Shown here: positions 29,250-40,395 of the stretch, piece by piece | Position numbering within the stretch: position 1 is the stretch's first letter | Layout: the number at the start of each line of letters is the position of its first letter | Source: an uncultured delta proteobacterium | GTDB lineage: Bacteria; Desulfobacterota; Desulfobacteria; Desulfobacterales; QNYZ01 | Direction: 5' to 3' | NCBI GenBank assembly: GCA_963845145.1 | Contig: CAWJQU010000005.1 | Coordinates: 384,001-448,000 of the forward strand | DNA: 64,000 nucleotides | The notes under the pieces: generated by a model | Told to the model about the DNA's origin: nothing | Database searches by the model: none | The model's input: the letters and a program-made list of their open reading frames with translations, nothing else | Translations under genes and position numbers: made by a program

Positions 29250-32200
29250 ATCTGCCGCGCTTCAGTGTCAATCGCCCCATTTTCACCGTGATGGTGACGC
29301 TGGTCTTTGTCATCCTGGGCGCCTTTTCCCTGAACAGATTACAAATCGACATGCTACCCGACATCGAGCTGCCCACCCTGAATATCAGAACGAACTACGA
29401 GGGGGCCAGCCCCGAGGTGATGGAGCGTTTGATCACGCAAATTGTCGAGGAGATCGTGGCCACGGTGCCGGGCGTCAAGGAGATCACATCCTCATCTTCG
29501 GAAGGTCGCAGCAACGTTCAGGTCAATTTTGTATGGGGCACCAAAATCGACACGGCGGCCATTGATGTGCAGGGCAAGCTCGAAGATGAGATCAATGAGC
29601 TACCGGATGATGTTGTCCGGCCACGCATTCGAAAATTCGATATCGCCAGTTTTCCGGTCGTCTTGCTTGGAATTTCCAGCAATTTAGATCCGGTGGAGCT
29701 CACGGAATTGATTGAAGTCCAGATCCGTTACCGGTTTGCCCGCATCCCGGATGTCGCTCAGGTCGATGTGTGGGGCGGCTTCCATCGAGAGGTCCGCATT
29801 GAGCTGGATCCCGACCGGATAAAGGCCGTCGGCTTGCCGCTGAACAGGCTGCTTGCATCCATTCGCGACGCCAACCTCGATTTGCCGACGGGCAAAATTG
29901 AACGGGGACGTTACGAGGTCACCCTACGCGCACCCGCCGAGTTTATCAGCCTTGATCAGATTCGGGACACAGTGGTCGCCCGTAAGGAAGGAGCCGTCAT
30001 CACCCTGGGCCAAATCGCCACGGTCAAAGACACATACGAAAAATTAACCCGAATTATCCGTGTCAACGGAGGGCGGGGCGTGCGCGTAGCGATCCGTAAG
30101 CAAGCCAATGCCAACACGGTGGAAGTATCCAAGCGTATTCTGGCTGAAATTGACGCAGTCAACCGGGCCTTTCCCCAGATAAAGGTCGTCCCGGTTATCA
30201 ACCAGGGCAACTTCATCGAGCGTTCCATTACCAATGTCGCCCGCTCGGTACTATACGGGGGTGGCCTGGCGATTGTCGTTTTACTATTTTTTCTGCGCAA
30301 CATTCGCAGCACACTGGTCATTTCCCTATCCATCCCGATCTCGGTCATTACCACCTTCGCCTTGATATTCTCCGGCGGCTTTACCCTCAACTTGATGACC
30401 CTGGGCGGTTTGGCTTTGGGGGTGGGCATGATGGTCGACAACTCCATCGTCGTGCTCGAGAACATATTTCGACGACGCAGTGAAATGGGCGAGTCCCCGC
30501 AACAAGCGTCGGTGGAAGGTGCCCGGGAGGTCGGTACGGCGATCATTGCCAGTACGATTACCACCCTGGTCATTTTTCTGCCGTTGATTTTTGTGCGCGG
30601 CGTCTCCGGGATACTCTTCCAGGAATTGGCCTATGTGATCATATTTTCGCTGATTTGTTCGCTGGTGGTCGCCATGAGCCTCGTTCCCATGCTCGCATCG
30701 CGGTTGTTATCTTCGAAGCGGCGTTCTCCCGAAAAATCGGCGGTACGATCAAACCGTTTGGCTGTCGTCGCCGGAAACTTTTTTTCCGGTCTGGAAAAAA
30801 TGTATCTCGATTTGCTCCGTTGGGCATTGACCCATCGCGCATTCACCGCACTTGCCTCCGCGGCCCTACTCGGCGCGAGTTTCTTTCTGTTACCCCTTAT
30901 CGGCAGTGAATTCCTACCCCCCAGCGATGAGGGCGAGGTTCGCGTGAGCGGTCAGATGGAGATCGGCACGAGGCTCGATTTGGTCGATCGGCAAACCCGC
31001 GTCATGGAACAAATTATTCACCCGGTTGTGCCCGAAGCTGTGGCGTCGGTGGTCAGCATCGGCGCTTCCGGCTGGCGGGCGGATGCAGGCGCGGAAGGTG
31101 AAATCAGGATGTCTTTAACCCCTGCCATTGAGCGCGGACGGTCCAATGTTGAAATCGCCCGGGATCTGCGGCATCGTTTGGAGGGAAAGGTACCCGGCAT
31201 GAAAATCCGCGTGCGGGCGCCTCAGGGTCAGTTTTTACTGGAACGGGTTCTAGGGGGAGAGGAGGGTTTGACCGTTGAGATTCGCGGTTACGATCTTGCA
31301 ACAATGGACATGCTGGCCGGAAAGGTTGAAGAGCTGATTGAGGATGTGCCGGGAATCACCGACGTACAGACCAGCCTTAAAGCCGGTGTTCCCCAACAGG
31401 AAATCCGGGTGAACCGCGATAGAGTCGCTGATCTCGGCTTAAGCCCGCGGGATGTCGCACAACTTTTGCAAACCGCCGTGGCCGGAACCAAAGCCGGCGA
31501 GTACCGGACCGGGGGAAACGCCTATCGCATCCTGGTTCAGCTCAAGGATGCCGAGAAACGTTCGCTGGACGAAATTCTCGACCTTACGCTGGCTTCGGCA
31601 TCCGGTGAAAAAGTGGCGCTGCGCAGCCTGGTGACAACCCATTCGAGTCGCGGTCCGGTTCTCATCGACCGAAAAAACCAGCAGAGAAGGGTGACCGTCC
31701 GCGCCAATGTCGCGGGACGTGATCTGGGATCCGTGGCCAAAGATGTAGATTTATTACTGGACCGGATTCCACGACCGGTTGGATATGATCTGATGGTGGC
31801 CGGCAATTTCGAAGAGCAGCAAAAGGCATCCCGAGAGTTGATCATCTCGCTCGGACTGGCGTTGCTCCTTGTATACATGGTATTGGCCTGTCAATATGAG
31901 TCCTTTCGGGATCCGCTGGTCGTCATGTTCTCCGTCCCCCTGGCAGCGGTGGGCGTTTTGACGACCTTGTTTATTACAAATACGACCCTTAATGTGCAAT
32001 CCTACATTGGTTGCATCATGCTTGGCGGGATCGTCGTGAACAATGCCATTCTGCTAGTAGATCAAGCCGGACGATTGATCCGGGACAACATGCGCTCCCT
32101 CGAAGCCCTGATTGAAGCCGGCCGCCGCCGACTCCGGCCGATCCTTATGACAACCTTGACAACCATCCTGGGCCTGTTGCCGCTGGCTTTGGGTGTCGGC

Positions 32201-32335
32201 GAAGGCTCCGAGGCCCAGGCGCCGCTGGCGAGAACCGTTATCGGCGGTCTGGCGGGGTCGACATTGATCACATTGGTCCTGATCCCCGTGGTTTATTCGT
32301 TGTTTCATCCCGATTCGAGGACCGATAACGAATAA
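29246..32335 (+). CDS. RND efflux transporter permease (AcrB/AcrD/AcrF family)
   Basis: 1029 aa; [33 protein letters not shown]. Confidence 0.95.
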   Translation: MNLPRFSVNRPIFTVMVTLVFVILGAFSLNRLQIDMLPDIELPTLNIRTNYEGASPEVMERLITQIVEEIVATVPGVKEITSSSSEGRSNVQVNFVWGTKIDTAAIDVQGKLEDEINELPDDVVRPRIRKFDIASFPVVLLGISSNLDPVELTELIEVQIRYRFARIPDVAQVDVWGGFHREVRIELDPDRIKAVGLPLNRLLASIRDANLDLPTGKIERGRYEVTLRAPAEFISLDQIRDTVVARKEGAVITLGQIATVKDTYEKLTRIIRVNGGRGVRVAIRKQANANTVEVSKRILAEIDAVNRAFPQIKVVPVINQGNFIERSITNVARSVLYGGGLAIVVLLFFLRNIRSTLVISLSIPISVITTFALIFSGGFTLNLMTLGGLALGVGMMVDNSIVVLENIFRRRSEMGESPQQASVEGAREVGTAIIASTITTLVIFLPLIFVRGVSGILFQELAYVIIFSLICSLVVAMSLVPMLASRLLSSKRRSPEKSAVRSNRLAVVAGNFFSGLEKMYLDLLRWALTHRAFTALASAALLGASFFLLPLIGSEFLPPSDEGEVRVSGQMEIGTRLDLVDRQTRVMEQIIHPVVPEAVASVVSIGASGWRADAGAEGEIRMSLTPAIERGRSNVEIARDLRHRLEGKVPGMKIRVRAPQGQFLLERVLGGEEGLTVEIRGYDLATMDMLAGKVEELIEDVPGITDVQTSLKAGVPQQEIRVNRDRVADLGLSPRDVAQLLQTAVAGTKAGEYRTGGNAYRILVQLKDAEKRSLDEILDLTLASASGEKVALRSLVTTHSSRGPVLIDRKNQQRRVTVRANVAGRDLGSVAKDVDLLLDRIPRPVGYDLMVAGNFEEQQKASRELIISLGLALLLVYMVLACQYESFRDPLVVMFSVPLAAVGVLTTLFITNTTLNVQSYIGCIMLGGIVVNNAILLVDQAGRLIRDNMRSLEALIEAGRRRLRPILMTTLTTILGLLPLALGVGEGSEAQAPLARTVIGGLAGSTLITLVLIPVVYSLFHPDSRTDNE

Positions 32336-32579
32336 AAATGGATATCTCCATCTTCCGACGGTTTGACCTGCCTGAATAGCGTTATCTCTTCTCATTTTGA
32401 TAAAATAGATCAATGGATCGTCGTGAACTATTTGCTCAACCCAATGAGTGCCTGTGGAAAATGCGGATAAATTATTTTGACTTTCTAAAGATTCAATACT
32501 ATTTCGATTCAAACTCATATACCATTTGAATTAATGAGCCATTTTGGCATTGGCCCAAATATAACATCTTTTATCGACC

Positions 32580-32987
32580 ATGACCCGAAGCATCGAAATA
32601 AAAATAAAAATTCCATTTCATGATCTAGACCCCATGCATGTCGTCTGGCATGGTAACTATATGAAATATTTCGATATTGCCCGGTTTGAATTGTTTAGCC
32701 GCGCGGGTGTTGATTTATATGGTTTTTCAGTTAAACATAAGATCATGTTTCCTGTTACACGGACCAACACCAAACACATCTTCCCCCTAAGGCACCAAGA
32801 CGAAATAATTTGCAAGGCGACCATTTCGGAAGCCCAATACAAAATCGGCATCGACTTTGATATACGAAGGGTTGAAGACGGGCAGATTTGTACCCGTGGC
32901 CGGGGCGAACAGGTGGCTGTTAAGGTACCGGAAATGGAACTATTGTTTGAAATACCGAAGGAAATTCGAACCGCACTGGGATTTTAA
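32580..32987 (+). CDS. Hotdog-fold acyl-CoA/ACP thioesterase (YbgC/ApeK-like)
   Basis: F.D.DPMHVVWHGNY.KYFD.AR. Confidence 0.9.
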   Translation: MTRSIEIKIKIPFHDLDPMHVVWHGNYMKYFDIARFELFSRAGVDLYGFSVKHKIMFPVTRTNTKHIFPLRHQDEIICKATISEAQYKIGIDFDIRRVEDGQICTRGRGEQVAVKVPEMELLFEIPKEIRTALGF

Positions 32988-32989
32988 AA

Positions 32990-34714
32990 ATGACAGCACA
33001 AATGAGTACTGCATTTTCGGCTGGATATGAGCGGCTTTCCGCCTGGGCCGAACTTCTGGATCAAATCAATGTCTATCCGGTGGCCGATGCGGATACGGGC
33101 CGCAATCTGATGATCAGCCTGGCACCGTTGCGCGATATGAAGGGTGACGACAAAACGACCCCCCATCGACTACTCATGTCCGCCACCGGCAACTCCGGTA
33201 ATATCGCCAACTGTTTTTTTTCCGAATTTATTGCCAATAATCCCGCCGAGAACATCCCTCAAGCAGCCAAAGCGGGAAGAGACCGGGCCTGGCAGGCCAT
33301 TCTCGACCCTCAACCCGGCACCATGCTGACCGTCCTGGATTCCCTGACGGAACAACTTGAGAATACGCTTGTAAAAAACCTTACGGATATTTTTCCGACG
33401 CTGATCGAAACCTTACAAGCCAGTGTGCATGCCACGGCACAAGGTCTTCCCGTGCTTCAGGCGGCCGGTGTGGTGGATTCCGGTGCCTTGGGGATCTATA
33501 TCTTTATGGAGGGATTTTTTGCCCAACTGACCAATCGGCAGGGCGGACTACGCCCCATCACCGAGACATTTGATGGAAAGTTATCCATATCCACCACTTT
33601 TCAGGCCAATGCCGAGGCCGGCTTTTGTGTGGATACGGTCATTAAAACCGATGCAGGACAAAATCCGGCCTTGGATGTGTTGTCCCAAGTCGGGGAAAGC
33701 ATCGTCGTGACCCGTGATGATGCGGCACTTAAAATTCACTTGCACACCCGCAGTCGGGCGGAGGCACGAAAGGCCCTGGAGACATTGGGTGATGTCGTTC
33801 AATGGTCGGATGAAATGCTCGAATCCACGCATAGCGCGGAAAAGCATCTATCCACCGAGCCGCTAGTCCGCATCGTGACCGATGCCGCCGGCTCGGTCAC
33901 GCGCAAACAGGCCCAGGAGCTCGGCATCACCCTGTTGGATAGTTATATCGTTGAAGAGAACCAAAGCCTGCCGGAAACCCTCGTTTCGCCGGAGGCACTA
34001 TATCGTTCCATGCAAAAGGGCATCCGCATCACGACGGCCCAGGCGTCTGTGTTTGAACGCCAGCAACGCTACCAAAGCATCATCAGTCGATTTCGATATG
34101 CCCTCTATCTATGCGTTGGCTCCGTTTACACGGGCAATTACGATGCGGCCATGGCCTGGCGGGAGAAAAACGACCCGGAAAGCCGTTTGGAAGTGATGGA
34201 TACCGGCGCTGCGTCAGGCCGATTGGGAATTATTGCCCGGGCTGTGGCCGAATATGCCAATCAGGGCCATACAGTAGCCCAGGTTATTAATTTTGCTAAA
34301 TCGGCTGAAGAACAGAGTGAAGAATACCTCTTTTTGGATCGTTTGAAATATCTGGCCGCCGGTGGCCGCATATCCAAAAGCAAGGGTTTTATGGGCGACC
34401 TTTTGCATATGAAGCCGATCATCAGCCCCACCCGGGACGGCGCCGCCAAGGCGGGAACCGTTCGAAACCGGGAACAACAGGTCGATTTTGCCATGGATAA
34501 AATCAAGGCCCTCTCCCAGCGGGCGGACTGTTTTTCTATTTTGTTGGAATATTCCGATAACCGGCAGTGGGTTGAAGAGACGGTATTGAAAAAAATAGAG
34601 GAGCGCTATCCCGCAGCCCGGATAATGATAACGCCGTTGTCGCTGACTTCCGGGGTGCATATGGGGCCGGGTACCTGGGGCGTGGCCCTGTTGCCTTCGA
34701 TTCAAACCGAATGA
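32990..34714 (+). CDS. DAK2-DegV fusion (fatty-acid kinase FakA/FakB-like)
   Basis: N-terminal INVYPVADADTG, GNSG, GTMLTV, VVDSGA; C-terminal DegV IVTD, TAQ.S, L.AGGRI, HMGPG. Confidence 0.85.
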   Translation: MTAQMSTAFSAGYERLSAWAELLDQINVYPVADADTGRNLMISLAPLRDMKGDDKTTPHRLLMSATGNSGNIANCFFSEFIANNPAENIPQAAKAGRDRAWQAILDPQPGTMLTVLDSLTEQLENTLVKNLTDIFPTLIETLQASVHATAQGLPVLQAAGVVDSGALGIYIFMEGFFAQLTNRQGGLRPITETFDGKLSISTTFQANAEAGFCVDTVIKTDAGQNPALDVLSQVGESIVVTRDDAALKIHLHTRSRAEARKALETLGDVVQWSDEMLESTHSAEKHLSTEPLVRIVTDAAGSVTRKQAQELGITLLDSYIVEENQSLPETLVSPEALYRSMQKGIRITTAQASVFERQQRYQSIISRFRYALYLCVGSVYTGNYDAAMAWREKNDPESRLEVMDTGAASGRLGIIARAVAEYANQGHTVAQVINFAKSAEEQSEEYLFLDRLKYLAAGGRISKSKGFMGDLLHMKPIISPTRDGAAKAGTVRNREQQVDFAMDKIKALSQRADCFSILLEYSDNRQWVEETVLKKIEERYPAARIMITPLSLTSGVHMGPGTWGVALLPSIQTE

Positions 34715-35454
34715 CACACATTCCGCCCAATGATGACACATCCGGCCGCTTTGCCGTTATCATTCCAGTCTACAATCACGAATTGACCGTCGCCACCGTG
34801 GTCCGAAAAGCACAGGCGCTCGGATTTCCGGTCTGGGTGGTGGATGACGGCTCAACCGATTCAACGTACAATCAAGTGAAAACCATCGAAGGGGTGCGCA
34901 TTTTGCACCATGACGTTAACCGGGGTAAAGGGGCCGCGCTCGCGACCGGTATGTTGGCCGCATCAAAAACGGCAGACTGGGCCATCACCCTTGATGCCGA
35001 TGGGCAGCATCGACCCGGTGATGCAAAGAACCTGATTGATGCCATACAAAACGGCCAAAGACCGATAGTCATCGGCTGCCGGCAAGGAATGCAACAGGCC
35101 CGAGCCCCCTGGACGAGCCGGTTCGGACGTAAATTTTCAAACTTCTGGGTCATGGCCTCGGGCGGGCCCGACGTTGCCGATTCCCAAAGCGGATTTCGAA
35201 TCTATCCACTACCCGAAAGTCTTGATCTGAAGGTTAAATCCGGACGGTTTCAGTTTGAGATCGAAATCCTGGTTAAAGCTTTTTGGCGAGGATGGGCGGT
35301 GGCGGAAGCACCGGTCAGCGTTTCTTACCATCCGGGGACGCCACGTATTTCCCATTTTCACCCCTGGCTCGACTTTTTTCGAAATTCCGGCCTTTTCACC
35401 CGGCTTATATTCTATCGCATCTTTATGCTATGGCATCGCAACAACCCAAAATAA
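34711..35454 (+). CDS. Glycosyltransferase family 2 (DPM1/ApeJ N-domain-like)
   Basis: IPVYN, VDDGSTD, NRGKG, DADGQH, DSQSGFRIYP, SHF. Confidence 0.9.
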   Translation: MTHIPPNDDTSGRFAVIIPVYNHELTVATVVRKAQALGFPVWVVDDGSTDSTYNQVKTIEGVRILHHDVNRGKGAALATGMLAASKTADWAITLDADGQHRPGDAKNLIDAIQNGQRPIVIGCRQGMQQARAPWTSRFGRKFSNFWVMASGGPDVADSQSGFRIYPLPESLDLKVKSGRFQFEIEILVKAFWRGWAVAEAPVSVSYHPGTPRISHFHPWLDFFRNSGLFTRLIFYRIFMLWHRNNPK

Positions 35455-35464
35455 CCGGGAATTC

Positions 35465-36343
35465 ATGAAACGCGGTTTTTATTTCTTACTCATACGGATC
35501 ACACGGTTGTGCGGTGCCTGGGTATTTCATTTGATCGCCGGGGGCGTCGCCGCCGGTTATTTTCTTTTTAGGCCACATCAGACCGCGATAAGCATTCGGT
35601 TTTATCGTGCCCTCTACCCTGAAAAAAAAAGCCGCTTCCACATTGGGTGCGCCTGGCGGCAATATCTAAATTTTACAACGGTTTATCTGGATCGGTTCGT
35701 TTTAGAAGCACGAGATGATGTCGAAACCACCCATGAAGGCTGGGAACACATCGAAGCCTGTCTGGCCCGCCGAACCGGTGCGATTATCCTCATGTCCCAT
35801 TTGGGCAACTGGGAATTGGCGGCCCATTTGATGAAACGAAAGGAAAAACGCATTCGACTGCTTTTGTACATGGGGCGACGCGCAAAGGAACAAATCGAAT
35901 CGATTCAAAAAACAGATTTGAGCACCCGGGGCGTCCGCATTATCGCCGTGGATGAAGACCAGGGCTCCCCTTTTGATATTCTCGAAGGGGTCCGCTTTTT
36001 GCAAACTGGTGGTATCGTCTCCATGACGGGGGATCGTTTGTGGCACCCGGACCAGCGGTTTGTTGAGGCGGCATTTTTAAATCATACCATTCGCCTACCG
36101 GAAACGCCCCATGTGATGGCCATGTTATCGGGCGCCCCGCTACTGATATTTTTCTCATTTCGTATAGGCAAAAACCGCTATCACTTAAGCTTGAGCGAAC
36201 CGTTAAAGATCGAACATACGCCGCGTCGACAACGGGCGGCCGTTATTGAGCAAAGCGCTCAGCGTTATGCCGATCTTCTGGAACAAGCCTTGCGAAAAAA
36301 TCCGCACCAATGGTATCACTTCGAGCCATTTCTTGAAAAATGA
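35465..36343 (+). CDS. Lipid A lauroyltransferase-like (LPLAT) acyltransferase
   Basis: SHLGNWE, GD, P.QWY.F. Start placed at ATG 35465. Confidence 0.85.
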   Translation: MKRGFYFLLIRITRLCGAWVFHLIAGGVAAGYFLFRPHQTAISIRFYRALYPEKKSRFHIGCAWRQYLNFTTVYLDRFVLEARDDVETTHEGWEHIEACLARRTGAIILMSHLGNWELAAHLMKRKEKRIRLLLYMGRRAKEQIESIQKTDLSTRGVRIIAVDEDQGSPFDILEGVRFLQTGGIVSMTGDRLWHPDQRFVEAAFLNHTIRLPETPHVMAMLSGAPLLIFFSFRIGKNRYHLSLSEPLKIEHTPRRQRAAVIEQSAQRYADLLEQALRKNPHQWYHFEPFLEK

Positions 36344-36457
36344 GCGACCCTATTCTACCGGTGGTCGTTTTGCTTTGAAATAATAACCCATTTAATGTAA
36401 AAGAAATATTTCTGATATTAAAATATCTTCTGATTTTAAACATGAGCGCATGGATTT

Positions 36458-36733
36458 ATGACCAAAGACGAAATTATAATCGCCCTTAACCGTATTTTTT
36501 TAGAACGATTTGAAATTGAAAATCCGGGTTTGGATGAAAATTTACGAGAAACTTATGAGTTCGACAGTATTGATGCCATCGAACTGCTGCAAGAGATCGA
36601 GGTGCTACTGGACCGCACCCTGGAACGTGACGAGAAAAAAATGGCCATGGAAATCCGCACTCTTGGCCAAGTTGTTGATTACATTTATGATCTATTCGGA
36701 TCGCAAAGCTCAAACGAATCCCAAGCCACCTGA
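36458..36733 (+). CDS. Acyl carrier protein
   Basis: FDSIDAIE phosphopantetheine site; acidic, 91 aa. Confidence 0.9.
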   Translation: MTKDEIIIALNRIFLERFEIENPGLDENLRETYEFDSIDAIELLQEIEVLLDRTLERDEKKMAMEIRTLGQVVDYIYDLFGSQSSNESQAT

Positions 36734-36751
36734 TATTACCCGTTATTTAAT

Positions 36752-37987
36752 ATGACACGAAGAGTCGTCATTACCGCCGGCAGCGCCATTACACCCATCG
36801 GTCGAACCCGTCGGGAGATCATCGATCACCTGGTCAATGGTAAATCCGGGGTCAAACCGCTGCGCGATGACGGCCTTTTGTCCCAGCGTGTTCACTCCGG
36901 TGTGTTCGGAACCGTAGACTATCCTATTGAATACGACTTTAAGCGCAGCCATCGCAAAACCATGGGGCCGGTCAGCTATTATGCCTGCCAGGTGGCCAAG
37001 GAAACCCTGGAACAATCGGGATTGGACGAAGCCTTCATCACTTCCGGTCGCCTGGGGGTTGCTTTCGGCTCCACCCATGGCAGCCCCACGGTTCAACGAC
37101 ATATCTTCAAAACCTTTTTCAATCCGGATAAGTCGATCTACAACAGCATCGGCGCGGTGGATTATTTAAAATCCATGGTCCACACCACCGCGGTTAATAT
37201 TACCCGAATGTTCGGAATCACCGGCCGCATTATTTCGTCGTCCACCGCTTGTACCACAAGCAGCCAGTCCATCGGGTTCGGCTACGAAACGGTTAAATTC
37301 GGCATCCAGGATGCCATGCTCTGCGGCGGTGCCGACGAGTACGATACAACCACGGTGGCGGTTTTCGATAACCTGTTGGCCTGCTCTTCGGATTTCAACG
37401 ATACACCCCATCGAACGCCACGCCCCTTCGACAAACGCCGAGACGGCCTGGTGGTGGGCGAAGGCGCAGGTGCAGTGATGCTGGAAGCCTACGATTTTGC
37501 GCGAAAAAGAGGCGCGAATATTATCGGTGAGGTCATTGGATTTTCCTGCAACAACAATGGCGGTGATCTGATTTTACCCAAGCTCGACGGCATCGCCGAG
37601 ACCATCCGCCTGGCGCTTAAAGACGCCGACATCAGTCCGGACAACGTGGACTTTGTCAGCGCCCATGCTACAGCCACCAAAATGGGCGATGTTATTGAGG
37701 CCCAGGCCATCGACCGCGCCTATGGACGCGGACCGGCGGTGACCGGCTTGAAAAGCTACATGGGCCACACCATGGGCTCTTGCGGCGTCATCGAATCTAT
37801 CATCACCCTATATTTGATGGCTGAAGGTTTCATCCCGGCCACCTTGAATCTGGAAGAGATCGATAAGCGCTGCGCCATGATTCGGCATATGACAGCCTTA
37901 GAAGAACATCCACTTAAGATAGGGGTCATTCAAAACTTTGCTTTCGGTGGCGTCAATACCTGCCTGGTTCTGAAAAAATTTTCCTAA
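36752..37987 (+). CDS. Beta-ketoacyl-ACP synthase (FabB/F, ApeR-like)
   Basis: TACTTS, HATAT, GHTMG, NFAFGG. Confidence 0.92.
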   Translation: MTRRVVITAGSAITPIGRTRREIIDHLVNGKSGVKPLRDDGLLSQRVHSGVFGTVDYPIEYDFKRSHRKTMGPVSYYACQVAKETLEQSGLDEAFITSGRLGVAFGSTHGSPTVQRHIFKTFFNPDKSIYNSIGAVDYLKSMVHTTAVNITRMFGITGRIISSSTACTTSSQSIGFGYETVKFGIQDAMLCGGADEYDTTTVAVFDNLLACSSDFNDTPHRTPRPFDKRRDGLVVGEGAGAVMLEAYDFARKRGANIIGEVIGFSCNNNGGDLILPKLDGIAETIRLALKDADISPDNVDFVSAHATATKMGDVIEAQAIDRAYGRGPAVTGLKSYMGHTMGSCGVIESIITLYLMAEGFIPATLNLEEIDKRCAMIRHMTALEEHPLKIGVIQNFAFGGVNTCLVLKKFS

Positions 37988-38009
37988 TGCGCCTCTTTGA
38001 CAAACCCCT

Positions 38010-38813
38010 ATGAAACCCATGACGAAGAAACCGCCCACCCAACCTTTGCGGGTCGTCTGGGATGTGGTCGTGACCTTGGTCTTATGGACCTATTTTACGT
38101 TGGGGTTCATCATTTTTTTTGCCCCTTTTTATGCCATTGCCGCTTTTTTTAAAAACCGGCGGGAATTGGCCTATCAGCGACTCAACCATCTATTTTTCAG
38201 AGGTTTCATCTTCCTGGTGCGCACCCTCCTTCCCGGCCACCGCTGGCGTATCGACGAAACAGCCAAAAATATACGCTCCTCGGTCGTCGTGTGCAATCAT
38301 CGCTCATACCTGGACCCGTTGATCCTCATTTCACTTTACGGCCGACAAAAGACCATCGTTAAAAGCGATTTGTTCGCACTTCCATTGTTTGGTCGATTAA
38401 TGCAGTGGTCCGGATTTATACCGTCGCGTTCCCGGGGCCCGATGGCCGAGTTGATGCTTGAGCAGATGGAATCACTGGATGACTTTATGGTCGCCGGGGG
38501 CAACCTTTTTATTTTTCCCGAAGGCACCCGCAGTCGGGATGGTCGTATCGGCCGACTCAACCCCAGCGCCTTTAAAATTGCCCGACGTTGCGGCGCGCCC
38601 ATACGGGTGTTATTTATTAATAACACGGAAAAAACGTTTCCCCCTGAACGTTTTTGGTTTAACACCCAAGGCCCAAACACCATATCCGTACAATGGGTGG
38701 GCAGTATCGAAGCCAACGAATGGGCGCTAACCGATTCAACGGGAGCCGTCAGTGAACGGGTACAAGAAATGTTGGAAAGGCACAACCGATTGGCTTCGGC
38801 CAATCCCGAGTAA
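38010..38813 (+). CDS. PlsC-like lysophospholipid acyltransferase
   Basis: NHRSYLD, FPEGTRS. Confidence 0.9.
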   Translation: MKPMTKKPPTQPLRVVWDVVVTLVLWTYFTLGFIIFFAPFYAIAAFFKNRRELAYQRLNHLFFRGFIFLVRTLLPGHRWRIDETAKNIRSSVVVCNHRSYLDPLILISLYGRQKTIVKSDLFALPLFGRLMQWSGFIPSRSRGPMAELMLEQMESLDDFMVAGGNLFIFPEGTRSRDGRIGRLNPSAFKIARRCGAPIRVLFINNTEKTFPPERFWFNTQGPNTISVQWVGSIEANEWALTDSTGAVSERVQEMLERHNRLASANPE

Positions 38814-38855
38814 CCGATTTCTTGATCATCTCTAAAATAATGCCGGGTATTAGCC

Positions 38856-40343
38856 ATGAAAATCGTATTGATGTCCATGCCCGACGTGGCGCCGGTAATC
38901 ATGCACACCAGTGCCTTTCACATGGCCAACAACGGCCTTGCTAACATCGCCGCCAACCTCGATGGTGAACATGATGTCTATATTATTGACCTGATCCGCA
39001 AAAGACGCCGGGTTGTCAACTATGTGACCCAAACGCTGCTTAAATATCGTCCGGATATGGTCGGTTTGTCATCCATGACTTGGCAATACGCCACCTGCAC
39101 GAAACTGCTCAAGCTGATAAAACGCCTGCTGCCGGATGTCAAAACGGTGATCGGCGGTTATCATGCCACACTGATGTACAAAGAGATCGCAGACTCCAAA
39201 GAGGCGGACTGGATCGATTTTATAATTCGCGGCGAAGGAGAAGTGGCCTTTAGCGCCCTGATCAATGCGGTAGGTGGGCATGGCCGATACAAGGGAATTC
39301 CCTCACTCTCCTTTAAAGATGACGCCGGGTTTTGCCACAACCCCAAAGGGGAACCACTGGATCTGGCCCAGATCAAGCTTCCCGTCCGGGATAAACGGCG
39401 CACGACCAGCGGATACCATGTCATGAACCGCAAGGTCGAGGTGATGGAGACCTCACGAGGTTGCACCCGCTCCTGTCATTTTTGCAGCATGCATCACATG
39501 TACGGGCGGATCTATCGAACCTTTCCTATCGACCGGATTCTGGCCGATATCGATACCATCTACCACCAACGCCATACCCGCCGTATATTTATAACCGATG
39601 ACAACATGGTTCTGGCGCCAAATCGAGTGATCGAGTTGTGTGAGGCCATTATCGCCCGGAAATATCGCCGCCTCCAATTCAGCGTCCAAGCGGATTGCAT
39701 CACCATCTCCAAAAATGAGACCATGGTGCGCAAAATGGCCCAAGCCGGATTTAAGCTGATATTTTTAGGAATTGAGAACGTCTCTTCCAAAAACTTGAAA
39801 ACCGCCGGTAAAGGCAATATTGTCAATGCGTCGCGGCAGGCCGTGGCAATATGCCACAAATATGGCATCATGGTCCTGGGGGGGATGATATTCGGATTTC
39901 CCGATGATGAAGAGGCGGACATTATTGCCAACTATCGATTCCTTAAGGAGATCGAAGCAGATTCCGCCTACTGCCAGATACTCACACCCTACCCAAAAAC
40001 CGATTTGCGCCGCACATTGATGGCGGAGGGCCTTGTGACCAACCCAGATAATTTTACAAAGTATAACGGCATGTGGGCCAACATTAAAACCCGTCATTTA
40101 GATGCCCAACGGCTCCAATACCTCTTTTGGCTGCATCGGCGGAAAGTGTTGGGATGGTGGGAACCGTCCAAGCAGGTCCGGGAGCAGGGGAGACTTGCGA
40201 CATCCATCTGGGTTTATGCATTACGACCGCTACTCAAATTTATCGAGGCCCGAACCCAAAAGCGATCAAGCTTGGATGGTCGCTATCAGCAGGACATGCT
40301 AAGGTTGGCTGAGATCAACCAATTTAAGGATTTGGAGGCCTAA
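38856..40343 (+). CDS. B12-binding radical SAM protein
   Basis: Cobalamin-binding domain (VGLS, GGYHAT), SRGCTRSCHFC, DDN, TPYPKT. Confidence 0.92.
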   Translation: MKIVLMSMPDVAPVIMHTSAFHMANNGLANIAANLDGEHDVYIIDLIRKRRRVVNYVTQTLLKYRPDMVGLSSMTWQYATCTKLLKLIKRLLPDVKTVIGGYHATLMYKEIADSKEADWIDFIIRGEGEVAFSALINAVGGHGRYKGIPSLSFKDDAGFCHNPKGEPLDLAQIKLPVRDKRRTTSGYHVMNRKVEVMETSRGCTRSCHFCSMHHMYGRIYRTFPIDRILADIDTIYHQRHTRRIFITDDNMVLAPNRVIELCEAIIARKYRRLQFSVQADCITISKNETMVRKMAQAGFKLIFLGIENVSSKNLKTAGKGNIVNASRQAVAICHKYGIMVLGGMIFGFPDDEEADIIANYRFLKEIEADSAYCQILTPYPKTDLRRTLMAEGLVTNPDNFTKYNGMWANIKTRHLDAQRLQYLFWLHRRKVLGWWEPSKQVREQGRLATSIWVYALRPLLKFIEARTQKRSSLDGRYQQDMLRLAEINQFKDLEA

Positions 40344-40395
40344 GGCCAGTCTTGGGAACAGTTTTGGAAACAAGCTTGAAAAACGATATTTCGAA

